Source of the DNA: a bacterium
Lineage (GTDB): Bacteria; Desulfobacterota; DSWW01
Direction: 5' to 3'
Length of the DNA stretch: 63,665 nt
Assembly (NCBI GenBank): GCA_040756235.1
Contig: JBFLZG010000086.1
Location: 1-63,665, forward strand
The notes under the pieces are model-generated. The model made no database searches and had not been told where the DNA came from. It saw nothing but the letters and a program-made list of their open reading frames with translations. This document shows, in pieces, positions 1-9,143 of this stretch; the first letter of the stretch is position 1; each line of letters begins with the position of its first letter. Both the position numbers and the translations under genes were made by a program.

Positions 1-1
1 G

Positions 2-664
2 GGCGAGGCCTGGCAGGTCGTCGTGCATGTGGATGCCCCGGTTCTGGCGGATCCGGAGGAAGAAGGCCAGTGCGAGCTCGAAGATGGCCTGCACGTTTCA
101 GCTGAAACGTGCCGGAGGGTCGCCTGCGACGCGAGCGTGGTCACGATGACCCACGGCCCGAACGGGGAAATCCTCGACGTGGGCAGGAAGAGCCGGAAGA
201 TCCCGAGGCCCCTGTGGCGGGCTCTGGCCGCCCGGGACCGGATGTGCCGTTTCCCCGGGTGCAGCCGCACGGGGCACCTCGTCGCGCACCATGTCCGGCA
301 CTGGGCCAACCAGGGAGAGACCAGCCTGACAAATTGCGTCTTGCTGTGCCGCGGTCATCACTGGGCGGTACACGAGGGCGGATTCCGCATGGAGGGGAGG
401 GCGCCGGGCGGGCTCGCGTTCTTCTACCCGGACGGAAAGCCCATGCCGGGGACACCTGCTTCCTGGAAAGCACCAGCCGATCCGCTGCAAGCCTTCCGGG
501 AACGTCACCGCGCCCTCGGCCTGGAGATCGACGCCAGCACGAGCGGGCCGTGCTGGGATGGGGTGGGCATGGACTACGAGCTGGCGATCTGGACTCTGTT
601 CACCAACCGATCCATTGAGCAGCGCCGTCTGGCACAGGCGCAAGCAGTACCGAAGGCAGGCTGA
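2..664 (+). CDS. DUF222/13E12-repeat-family HNH endonuclease, C-terminal part (5'-truncated by window edge)
   Basis: Frame is open from nt 2. Contains 'RRVACDA..ILDVGR..R..P..LWRALAARD..CRFPGC...HHVRHW..GETSLTN..LLC..HH..VH', typical of DUF222+HNH proteins. Confidence 0.85.
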   Translation, partial: GEAWQVVVHVDAPVLADPEEEGQCELEDGLHVSAETCRRVACDASVVTMTHGPNGEILDVGRKSRKIPRPLWRALAARDRMCRFPGCSRTGHLVAHHVRHWANQGETSLTNCVLLCRGHHWAVHEGGFRMEGRAPGGLAFFYPDGKPMPGTPASWKAPADPLQAFRERHRALGLEIDASTSGPCWDGVGMDYELAIWTLFTNRSIEQRRLAQAQAVPKAG

Positions 665-842
665 ACCGGAGAGATCGCTTAGAGGGTGGGCCTCCTGGAC
701 CACTTCTTGAGTGGAGCAAGCTGCATCCCGAGAAACCGGTCTGGGGATGAAGATCGGAACGAGGAATATGACTCTTGCAAGGGGGTCATAGGTCGCCTTC
801 TCTCGGAGGCGGACTGGAGGCCGACCTGCTGCTCTCCCGGTT
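664..842 (+). ncRNA. candidate multi-stem structured RNA directly 3' of the HNH gene
   Basis: Nested complementary segments read by eye: 664-673/832-842, 684-697/814-827, 721-733/801-812. Hairpins at 700-714, 736-757 and 767-790 (GCAA tetraloop, several G-U pairs). Confidence 0.4.
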
Positions 843-897
843 GGGCCCGCGTCCCGCTCCAGGCGAACCTGTCCCCATCCTGTGGAGGAAAAGTGCC

Positions 898-2295
898 GTG
901 AGGATCGGTTACCATCTGAAACGTGCTCAAGAGGTTGTCGGTTCTTTGTCGTTGGCCAGAGAGTTCGTCTCGCACGACCGGTGGACGATTCATCAGATCA
1001 GGGAGTATCAGGACCAGCGCATGCGTTCCCTGGTAAAGTACGCCATCGAACACTCGCCTTTCTACCGGGAGTTCTATGCCCGCATCGATCCCGACAAACC
1101 CTACGACTATGAAAGCCTGCCGGTCCTGACCAAGAAGATCATGATGGACAACTACGACCGGTTCGTAACCGATTCGAAGCTGAAGATCCATGATCTTCAG
1201 GAACACGTCCATAATCTGACCCGGGACGAGTACTATCTGGGCAGTTACCGTGTTCTTTCAACCGGCGGAAGCTCGGGACTGACCGGTTTCTTTGCTTTCA
1301 ACCGCAGCGAGTGGCGAACTTTGATCGGTGCCTGGCAAAGGGCGATGAAATATCTGGGATATCCTCTGCGGCTCCCGAACCGATGGAAAGTGGCTTTCAT
1401 CGGGGCTCGTCATCCGAGGCATATGTCCTCCCGGCTGACGGAAAGTTCGGACTTAGGCCTGCTCATCATGCTGCGGCTCAGCGCATCGGAGCCGTTGGAA
1501 GAGATGGTCAAGGCTCTCAATGAATTCCAGCCTGAGATTCTGAGCGGATACCCGTCTATTGAAGCTTTGCTGGCTCAGGAGCAGCTCGAGGGGCGCTTGA
1601 ATATCCATCCGAGCATCGTCGCCTGTAGTGCAGAGATCTTAGCAGAGGACATGAAACAGAAGATTCGGGCTGCCTGGGGAAAAAACCCCTTCAACATGTA
1701 CTTGGCAACAGAGGTCGTCACGCTTGGCGTCACCTGTTCGCAGGATCGAGGGATCCATGTCTTCGAAGATCTGGCCATTCTCGAGGTCGTAGATGAGAAC
1801 AACCGGCGGGTTCCGGACGGGGTTCTCGGGAACAGAGTCCTGCTCACGAACCTTCACTACTTCACACAGCCCCTCATCCGGTATGAGCTGACGGACATGC
1901 TCAAGGTTTTCCCCGAGCCTTGCCCCTGCGGAAGACCGTTCCCGTTGCTCGAAGCTATCGAAGGGCGGAGCGACGACATCCTGGAGCTGGAAGGCTTCGA
2001 CTGTCGAACCGTTTCCGTACACCCCATTACATTTCGCTCTGCTCTGGGCAAGACCCCTGGTCTCAGGCAGTACCAGGTCGTTCAGAGACAGGGCGATCTT
2101 CATTTCAACCTTGTAGCGCTCGATCATGAGAACACAGAGGAGCTCAGCAGGAAAGTGGAGTCCATCATGACAAGAAACCTCGAAGATCGAGGCGTGAAGT
2201 GCCCTCCGCCGCTAACCTCTGACTGGGGGAAGATGAAGGTCTCTTGCGGGCAAGATGAGTGGCTCTGGCCGCTGACCATCGACGGTCTTCCCTGA
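898..2295 (+). CDS. phenylacetate-CoA ligase / F390 synthetase-like adenylate-forming enzyme, C-terminus probably disrupted
   Basis: STGGSSG P-loop, 'Y.ATE', 'TNL...QPLIRYELTD', 'CPCGR', 'EGRSDD' motifs. GTG at 898 follows GGAGG. The last ~30 aa do not look family-like. Confidence 0.8.
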   Translation: MRIGYHLKRAQEVVGSLSLAREFVSHDRWTIHQIREYQDQRMRSLVKYAIEHSPFYREFYARIDPDKPYDYESLPVLTKKIMMDNYDRFVTDSKLKIHDLQEHVHNLTRDEYYLGSYRVLSTGGSSGLTGFFAFNRSEWRTLIGAWQRAMKYLGYPLRLPNRWKVAFIGARHPRHMSSRLTESSDLGLLIMLRLSASEPLEEMVKALNEFQPEILSGYPSIEALLAQEQLEGRLNIHPSIVACSAEILAEDMKQKIRAAWGKNPFNMYLATEVVTLGVTCSQDRGIHVFEDLAILEVVDENNRRVPDGVLGNRVLLTNLHYFTQPLIRYELTDMLKVFPEPCPCGRPFPLLEAIEGRSDDILELEGFDCRTVSVHPITFRSALGKTPGLRQYQVVQRQGDLHFNLVALDHENTEELSRKVESIMTRNLEDRGVKCPPPLTSDWGKMKVSCGQDEWLWPLTIDGLP

Positions 2296-2339
2296 CGCCC
2301 CGTCGGGTGGTATCATGAGAAGGGAAGGAGGAGAAGACC

Positions 2340-2624
2340 ATGCGGAAAGTCTGCAAGGTCAAAGTCTCGCAGGACTATCGCCTGGAGCTGACCTTTGACG
2401 ACGGAATTCGTGGCGTAGTGAACCTCTCCGACTTGGTTGGCAGAGGCGTTTTCTCTTTGTGGTCCGACTACAGTGCTTTTGAGCAAGTGCGGATCGGTTC
2501 CTCCGGCGAGCTTGTCTGGGACGACAAAGTGGATCTCTGCCCGGACTCCCTGTACCTTAGAGCGACGGGCAAACAACCGGAAGACCTTTTCCCGGCCTTG
2601 CGTGATGAGCCGGCCCATGCCTGA
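2340..2624 (+). CDS. DUF2442 family protein (putative antitoxin)
   Basis: 'DYRLELTFDDG..G.V.L...GVF..F.QV.I...LVW...DLCPDSLY' pattern; AGGAGG RBS. Confidence 0.8.
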   Translation: MRKVCKVKVSQDYRLELTFDDGIRGVVNLSDLVGRGVFSLWSDYSAFEQVRIGSSGELVWDDKVDLCPDSLYLRATGKQPEDLFPALRDEPAHA

Positions 2625-2877
2625 GATCAGCCGCTTTTTCGGCATCGTCATCAAGATGTTCTTTGATGATCATAATCCGCCGCATTTTCATGCGGAATAC
2701 GGTGGCGAGGTTGCTCTGATCGACCTTCGCGGCTTATCCGTCTTCTCCGGTCGCTTGCCGCCCCGGGCGATGGGACTTGTGATCGAATGGGCCGCGCTCC
2801 ACCGCGAGGAACTCTTCGCTGACTGGGAGAGGGCGCGGGCTCAGCAGGAACTACAGAAGATTGCTCCACTGGAATAA
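2617..2877 (+). CDS. DUF4160 family protein (putative HicA-like toxin)
   Basis: ATG at 2617 overlaps the upstream gene end. 'MPEISRFFGIVIKMFFDDHNPPHFHAEY...LP.RA..LV.EWA..H..EL...W'. Confidence 0.85.
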   Translation: MPEISRFFGIVIKMFFDDHNPPHFHAEYGGEVALIDLRGLSVFSGRLPPRAMGLVIEWAALHREELFADWERARAQQELQKIAPLE

Positions 2878-3175
2878 GAGCAGCGGGAATGTCTGAGGCG
2901 ACCCCTGCATCGTCCTCTCGTGAATGGCACTACTGTGTTCCAAGAAGGAGCCTCTGAGAGCACAACATCTCACTGCCAAAATGTTCTTCCGGTAATCCCG
3001 TCCTCGCTCTTCAGATAATGCGATGCTACTCCAAAAGGGAATCCCGAGCTGGCATTGTCTGCGATCCCGGCTGGAGTCGGTTCGGAGTGTCTGCTGGGCG
3101 GAGCATTCGCAAGTGAGATGAATCCTTCGAAGTAGAGAAGTCTGCAGGAGCGCGTGGGATCCCGGAGGGAGTCCG

Positions 3176-3991
3176 ATGGCATTCGAACCCGGTTTCAATC
3201 CCCTGCAACCAAGAACGGACGGTGATCTGTGGTTCATGGTCCACGGGGAACAGCTGGCCGTGAAGCGGAACGCGGGGGAGTACTCGATTCCCCGCTTCTC
3301 GGATGTGAGAGATTTCCAACGCTTCCTGGCCGGCGGACAGTTCTTCGGCCTGAAGGACGGAAGTCCGTGCTTTTGCGCGGAACCGTCGGATGTCGGCGCA
3401 GTCGCTGAGGCGTTTGAATTCAAGGGACGGTTCGAGCTTCTGGGGATGCTGGAAGATGAGCTGATCCTGGTGGGGGGCTGTGCCGCGCAGCTGATCCGCT
3501 GGAGCGGGAGCAACAGATACTGCGGTCAGTGCGGCACGCCGATGCAGGACAAGGCCGACGAGCGGGCGAAGAGTTGTGCCAAGTGCGGACTGGTTTGTTA
3601 TCCGCGGCTTTCTCCGGCCGTGATCGTGGCCGTCGTCAAAGGCGACAAGCTCCTGCTCGCGAGCTCAGCCCGGTTTCGCGCCAATTTCTGGAGCGTGCTG
3701 GCGGGATTCGTTACGCCCGGCGAGACCCTCGAAGCATGCGTCGTGCGCGAGGTGCGCGAGGAGGTGGGGATCCTCGTCAAGAACGTTCGCTATTTCGGCA
3801 GCCAGCCGTGGCCGTTTCCCGACTCGCTGATGCTCGGGTTCACGGCCGAGTACGCAGGGGGCGAGATCAAGATCGATCCGTCCGAAATCACGGCTGCCAG
3901 ATGGTTTTCAGCCCATGAGCTGCCCAACATTCCTCCGAAAGTGAGCATTGCCAGAAGGCTGATCGATTGGTTTGTGGACAGCTACGGCTGA
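3176..3991 (+). CDS. nudC: NAD(+) diphosphatase
   Basis: Zn finger CGQCG/CAKC, YPRLSPAVIV, Nudix box GETLEACVVREVREEVG, SQPWPFPDSLM signature. Confidence 0.95.
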   Translation: MAFEPGFNPLQPRTDGDLWFMVHGEQLAVKRNAGEYSIPRFSDVRDFQRFLAGGQFFGLKDGSPCFCAEPSDVGAVAEAFEFKGRFELLGMLEDELILVGGCAAQLIRWSGSNRYCGQCGTPMQDKADERAKSCAKCGLVCYPRLSPAVIVAVVKGDKLLLASSARFRANFWSVLAGFVTPGETLEACVVREVREEVGILVKNVRYFGSQPWPFPDSLMLGFTAEYAGGEIKIDPSEITAARWFSAHELPNIPPKVSIARRLIDWFVDSYG

Positions 3992-4345
3992 GATGGCAAG
4001 GCTGCCGCGCATCTCGCCTGCTCGTAGCTCCGGCGAGAGAGTCCCTCGAAGCCTCGAAGTTGTCCTCTCCTCGATAGCCCGGATCGGAGCGCAATATGAA
4101 GCTCCTCCGGAACGTCCCGCAGCATGTTTGCCGCTCGGTTGCCCTCCGGGAACTCCAATTGGCTCCCCGCCTGCGCCACGATTCCATAATTTTGGTTTGC
4201 CTGGGATCTCAATCTAATAGAATATAATTGTTTCAAATAAAAAAGTTTGACTGGCTCCTTGCTGCCGTGATATGGGTAAAAACCGATCCTGCGGCGGTCT
4301 CATCCTGATGGCTCGAAAGTCACCATGTGAGGGGGGGATTCGATC

Positions 4346-6313
4346 ATGAGGGCAACAACGAAGCTTTGTCTTCTGATCGCGGCGGCGGCGCTGTTCGTGA
4401 CGGTGTCAACGGCAGAGCTTCAGGCGCAAGCGTGCAGCTCCTGCGAGGAATGTAATACAGAAATACAAAACGCCGAATCAGGATCTACGGTCCTCTTGTC
4501 CCAGAGTATAGATGCAAGCGGACATTGCATTCTGATAAACAGGAACGATGTCGTTTTCGACTGCCAGGGCTACAACATTTTGGGCCTGGGAGCTCCCTAC
4601 ATGGGGATAAGGGTTATGGGGAACAACGTCACGGTGCAGAATTGCACCGTCGTCGGGTTCGGGTCTGGTATTATGGTGGCCGGAACGTTGCTGCAGACAG
4701 TGGACGGGAACATCGTGCTCGGCAACCATACCTATGACAACGGGAACGAGGGGCTCGGGGCCTGGTATTCGACGAACACGCTGCTGCAGAACAATGAATC
4801 CACGGGGAACTGGTGGGGCGTGCAAACGCACGGAAATCAAGACCTGATCATGAGTGGGAATACATTCTGTGACAACGAGGAGTACGATCTTCTTGCAGAG
4901 GATACGACCGGAACGGGAACGGGGAATATCTGCGATAGCAGCTATTCCTGGCCCGATTATGGTCCGTACGTGTGGACCTGTTCGTCCCCATGCCAGGAAT
5001 GCACGACCGACAGTGAGTGCGACGATGGCAATCCGTGCACGGACGACACGTGTGTGGACGACAGCTGCGAGCACACCAACAACACGGCGCCGTGCGACGA
5101 CGGCAGTCTATGCACCACGGGCGACATCTGTACCGATGGAACGTGTACAGGTACGGCGGTCAACTGCGACGATGCCAATGCCTGCACGGACGATGCCTGT
5201 GATCCGGCGACCGGATGCGTCCACGCCGCGGTCAGCTGTGACGACGCCGATGCCTGCACCAACGACTCGTGCGACCCGGCAACAGGGTGCGTCCACGCAG
5301 CGATCAGCTGCGATGATGGCAATTTCTGTACGACCGACGCCTGCGACCCGGGGACCGGATGCCTCTACGCCGTGATCAGCTGTGATGATGCGGATGCCTG
5401 CACGGACGACGCGTGCGACCCGGCAACCGGGTGCGTCCACGCAGCGATCAGCTGCGATGATGGCAATTTCTGTACGACCGACGCCTGCGACCCGGGGACC
5501 GGATGCCTCCACGCCGTGATCGGCTGTGATGATGCGGATGCCTGCACGGATGACGCGTGCGATCCGGCGACCGGATGCGTTCACGCGGCGGTCGGCTGCG
5601 ATGACGCCAGCGCCTGTACGGACGACTCGTGCAACCCGGCAACAGGGTGCGTCCATGCCATCATCAGCTGTGACGACACCGATTCCTGCACCAGCGATGC
5701 GTGCGATCCCGTAACCGGGTGCTTCCATGTAGCGGTCGGCTGTGACGACGGCGATGCCTGTACGAACGACGGGTGCCAGCATGCGACAGGGTGCTATCAC
5801 GATCTCGTTAGCTGTGAGGACGTCAATGCGTGTACGGTCGACTCGTGCGATCCGGCAATCGGGTGCATCCATGCGGCGCTCAGCTGTGACGACGCGAATG
5901 CCTGCACCAGCGATGCGTGCGATGCAGCAACCGGGTGTGTCCATGCGTGCAGTGCCACAGGGTCCGGGGATCCCTGCTGTACGGACCCGGCCTGCTCGGG
6001 AGATCCTGTTTGCGAGCTTGGCTGTACGGACGCGGACGGAGATGGATACGGGAACCCGGCAAGCGCCGCATGCCCGTATCCCGAGCTGGACTGCAATGAT
6101 TCGGATGCTGCGGTCAATCCCGGCGCGACCGAGATCCCTGAAAACGGGATGGATGATGATTGTCAGCTCGCCACACCCCCTTGGGGCACGCCTGCTTCCA
6201 CCCTGGGTACTCTGAAAGAGAAGAGATTCTCAGACATGTTGAACAATCTGTTGATGCTCGTGGTGCCTCTCGGAATCATCGGGCTGAGGCGGGGATTGCG
6301 GCGGAAGAGATAG
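4346..6313 (+). CDS. secreted/surface protein: signal peptide, parallel beta-helix (NosD-like) region, Cys-rich 24-aa repeats, 'DADGDGY..DCND..NPGA.E..NG.DDDC' metal-binding motif, C-terminal TM + basic tail
   Basis: Translation shows an N-terminal hydrophobic signal, GI.V..N..N repeats, CDD.N.CT.D.CDP.TGC repeats, and ends LLMLVVPLGIIGLRRGLRRKR. Confidence 0.8.
   Translation: MRATTKLCLLIAAAALFVTVSTAELQAQACSSCEECNTEIQNAESGSTVLLSQSIDASGHCILINRNDVVFDCQGYNILGLGAPYMGIRVMGNNVTVQNCTVVGFGSGIMVAGTLLQTVDGNIVLGNHTYDNGNEGLGAWYSTNTLLQNNESTGNWWGVQTHGNQDLIMSGNTFCDNEEYDLLAEDTTGTGTGNICDSSYSWPDYGPYVWTCSSPCQECTTDSECDDGNPCTDDTCVDDSCEHTNNTAPCDDGSLCTTGDICTDGTCTGTAVNCDDANACTDDACDPATGCVHAAVSCDDADACTNDSCDPATGCVHAAISCDDGNFCTTDACDPGTGCLYAVISCDDADACTDDACDPATGCVHAAISCDDGNFCTTDACDPGTGCLHAVIGCDDADACTDDACDPATGCVHAAVGCDDASACTDDSCNPATGCVHAIISCDDTDSCTSDACDPVTGCFHVAVGCDDGDACTNDGCQHATGCYHDLVSCEDVNACTVDSCDPAIGCIHAALSCDDANACTSDACDAATGCVHACSATGSGDPCCTDPACSGDPVCELGCTDADGDGYGNPASAACPYPELDCNDSDAAVNPGATEIPENGMDDDCQLATPPWGTPASTLGTLKEKRFSDMLNNLLMLVVPLGIIGLRRGLRRKR
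5165..5950 (+). repeat. ~11 tandem 72-bp (24-aa) Cys-rich repeats (Dictyostelium CTDC-like)
   Basis: Unit CDDANACTDDACDPATGCVHAAVS; near-identical DNA at a 144-bp offset (5309 vs 5453). Confidence 0.9.
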
Positions 6314-6379
6314 GGGCGGCGGCCGCGCGCGGTCGAAGGGCAGGCTCGCGGGCCGACTGGGTGCCGGCCTGCCGGCTGG

Positions 6380-7927
6380 TTATCCGATGCTCCGCTCGCG
6401 TCCTTCCCAGAACTTCTTCTTCACATCCTTCCGCAGGATCTTGCCGATCGGGGTCTTGGGCAGGCTCTGCCAGAACGCGACCTCCTTCGGGCACTTGTAC
6501 CCGGCGAGCCGCTCCTTGCAGTGCGCGATCAACTCTTCGGCAGTGGCCTCGTGACCTGACTTGAGGACCACGACGGCCTGTACTCGCTCGCCCCATCTTT
6601 CGTCCGGAGCCGAGACCACGGCGCACTCCATGACCGCGGGGTGCTCGTAGAGCGCGTCTTCGGTCTCCTTCGGGTAGACGTTCTCCCCGCCCGTCACGAT
6701 CATGTCCGCCTTCCGGTCGACCAGGAAGAGGTATCCCTCCGGGTCCGCGTACCCCATGTCGCCCGTGTGCAGCCATCCGTTCCGCAGGGTCTTTTCGGTC
6801 AGCTCCGGGTTCTTCCAGTAGCCTGTCATCACATGTTTGCCGCGGATCGCGATTTCTCCGACTTCACCCGGCGCAAGGGGAACACCATCCGGGTCGACCA
6901 CCCGCATTTCCGAACAGGGGGACGCTTTGCCCGCGCTCGCCAGCAGTCTCGACCGTTCGCCTTCCAGCTGATGGTCCCACGGCATGAGGCTCGAGCCGCC
7001 GAGCGCCTCGGTCATTCCGTACGCCTGAGCGAATCTGTTCCCGAATTTACGGATGCACTTCTTCAACACCTCGGGAGGAAAAGGGCTTCCGGCATAGGAC
7101 ATGAGCCTGAGGCTCGACAGATCGGTTCGATCGATGTCCGGATGCTCCAGGAGCCATGTGTAGAGCGTGGGCACCATGTTGATGTGGGTACACTTCTCGT
7201 CCTGAATCAATCTCAGGATCTCGCCGAGGTCCGGTCTCCTGTTGATCACGACCTTTCCGCCCACGAGCAACGCGGCCAGGGCCGGCCAGAAGGACACGTG
7301 GAACAACGGCAGGACGAAGCAGGTCGCGTCGTCGTGGCGAAATCCGAGGCCGAGCGCAGCAGCGATCGTGGCGGTCATGAGGTTCCGGTGCGTCAGCATC
7401 ACCCCCTTGGGAAGACCGGTGGTCCCCCCGGTGTACATGAGAACGGCGAGCCCGTTTTCGTCCACCTCGAGGCCGGGCTCCTCGGAGGAGGCGTCCCGGA
7501 GGAGCTCCTCATAGTACGCCATGCCCTCGGTTCGGTTATCGAGGGAGATCCAGCTCCGGATCGTCGGCACAGCCGGCTGCACGCCCAGGGCCCGGCTCTC
7601 GTACGAATCGCCGGCGAGAAAGCAGACGGCCTCGCTGTCGTTCACGATATAGGCGATCTCGGCATCGGAGAGCCGGAAATTCAGCGGCGTCACGCTCATG
7701 CCGAGCTTGGCTGCGGCGAAGTAGATCTCGAGGTACTTGTGAGTGTTGGCAGCCAGGACGGCGACGCGCTCGCCGCGCTCGTAGCCGAGGGCGGTCAAGC
7801 CATGGGCAAGCCGGTTGACCCGGTCGTTGAGCTGCCTGTACGTCAGCCGCGTGCCCTCGAAGACCACGGCCTCGAAGTCGGGACAGACCCTCGCACTCTT
7901 TCTGGGGATGTCTCCAAGGGTATACAT
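6380..7927 (-). CDS. long-chain acyl-CoA synthetase (AMP-binding)
   Basis: YTGGTTGLPKG, AYGMTE, WLHTGD, DRKADMIVTGGENVYP, PKTPIGK motifs. Confidence 0.92.
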   Translation of the reverse strand: MYTLGDIPRKSARVCPDFEAVVFEGTRLTYRQLNDRVNRLAHGLTALGYERGERVAVLAANTHKYLEIYFAAAKLGMSVTPLNFRLSDAEIAYIVNDSEAVCFLAGDSYESRALGVQPAVPTIRSWISLDNRTEGMAYYEELLRDASSEEPGLEVDENGLAVLMYTGGTTGLPKGVMLTHRNLMTATIAAALGLGFRHDDATCFVLPLFHVSFWPALAALLVGGKVVINRRPDLGEILRLIQDEKCTHINMVPTLYTWLLEHPDIDRTDLSSLRLMSYAGSPFPPEVLKKCIRKFGNRFAQAYGMTEALGGSSLMPWDHQLEGERSRLLASAGKASPCSEMRVVDPDGVPLAPGEVGEIAIRGKHVMTGYWKNPELTEKTLRNGWLHTGDMGYADPEGYLFLVDRKADMIVTGGENVYPKETEDALYEHPAVMECAVVSAPDERWGERVQAVVVLKSGHEATAEELIAHCKERLAGYKCPKEVAFWQSLPKTPIGKILRKDVKKKFWEGRERSIG

Positions 7928-7945
7928 CGCCAGCCTCCCGACCCA

Positions 7946-9106
7946 TCATGTCCAGGATTTCGGGTATCCCATGAACTGCATGATCATGTTCTTGGCCATC
8001 TCGTCCGAGATGGGGGAAAAGACCATCTGCTTGTAGTCCCGGAAGTGCCTCTGCATGTCATATTCCATGGCGTACCCCCACCCTCCCAGGATCTCCATGC
8101 CCCAGGTCGCCGCCTTCTCCGAAGCCCTGGCTGCCACGATCTTGGCCATGCAAGCCTCGCTGTGATAGGGCTTGCCCTGGTCGCACAGCCAGGCGCACTT
8201 GTAGATCAGGTTGGTGGCGTTCTCGATTTCGATGGCGATGTCGGCCAGGTAGTGCTGGAGGATCTGAAACCGGGAGATCGGCCCGCCGAAGGCGTGCCGC
8301 TCCTGGGCGTAGGTAAAGGCATCCCGAAAGGCGGCCTTGGCAACACCCAGGCTCAGGACCGCCGTGCCGATCCTCTCGGAGTTCAAAGAGAAGAGCAACT
8401 CGTACCAGCCGTTGTGGAGCGTTCCCACCAGGTTCTTCTTGGGTACGCGGACGTCCTCGTAGACCACTTCGTTGCAGCCGGCGGCGTGACAGCCGAGCTT
8501 GGGTATGAGCCGGGTCTCCAGGCCTTCCGCGGGTCGGGGGACCAGGAAGATCGAAAGCCCCTTCGACCGCTTGGCATTGGGGTCCGTGATCGCCACCGTG
8601 GTGATGTAGTCGGCCCTGTGGGCGCCGGTGATGAAGACTTTCCGGCCGTTCAGCTTCCAGTAGTCCCCCTCGTCCACGGCCCGCGTCTGAATGGCTCCCA
8701 GGATGTCGGTCCCGCCCCCCGGCTCGGTGAGCCCCAGCGCCAACCTCGCTTCGCCCCTGGCAACCCTGGACAGGTAGGTCTCCTTCTGCTCCGGTGTGCC
8801 GAAGTACAGGAGCGGCGAGGACCCGAGGGTCGTGGCGCCCACGCACAGGGTGGCCGCGACGGATGCAGTGGCCAGCTCCTCTGCGAGGATCGTGGTTTCG
8901 ATCGCGCCCATCCCCTGGCCGCCGTACTCCACCGGCACCGGCGCAGCGAAATATCCGATCTCCGCAAGCTTGTTCCAGAGCGCATCCGGAATGAACGTGC
9001 AGTTCTCGTCCATCCACCGGACGAACTCGCGGGTCAGCTCCTTGCTGCAGAAACGCTGCATCTCCTTGCGGAGCATCTCCTGCTCTTCCGTGAACCCGAA
9101 GTCCAT
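7946..9106 (-). CDS. acyl-CoA dehydrogenase
   Basis: Start MDFGFTEEQEML at 9106; LTEPGGGTD, LNGRKVFIT, RHAFGGPISRFQ, ILGGWGY motifs. Confidence 0.92.
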   Translation of the reverse strand: MDFGFTEEQEMLRKEMQRFCSKELTREFVRWMDENCTFIPDALWNKLAEIGYFAAPVPVEYGGQGMGAIETTILAEELATASVAATLCVGATTLGSSPLLYFGTPEQKETYLSRVARGEARLALGLTEPGGGTDILGAIQTRAVDEGDYWKLNGRKVFITGAHRADYITTVAITDPNAKRSKGLSIFLVPRPAEGLETRLIPKLGCHAAGCNEVVYEDVRVPKKNLVGTLHNGWYELLFSLNSERIGTAVLSLGVAKAAFRDAFTYAQERHAFGGPISRFQILQHYLADIAIEIENATNLIYKCAWLCDQGKPYHSEACMAKIVAARASEKAATWGMEILGGWGYAMEYDMQRHFRDYKQMVFSPISDEMAKNMIMQFMGYPKSWT

Positions 9107-9143
9107 CTCTGGGTACTCCCTTTTTCCTTCTGCATTGTTCCGA

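Noticed and set aside
660..846. Integron attC site (GCTGAAC ... GTTGGGC ends)
   Set aside because: It is about 185 nt and multibranched, with no recognisable L boxes or unpaired spacer, no similar sites after neighbouring genes, and no integrase in the window.
3992..4210. Structured RNA between nudC and the Cys-rich gene
   Set aside because: Only short scattered stems, as expected at this GC content.
4299..4332. Hammerhead-like CTGATGG...CGAAA in the leader of the Cys-rich gene
   Set aside because: The core needs CUGANGA plus three stems; only a simple hairpin is present.
5165..5950. CRISPR-like periodicity
   Set aside because: The repeats are in-frame coding units with wobble variation and have no unique spacers.
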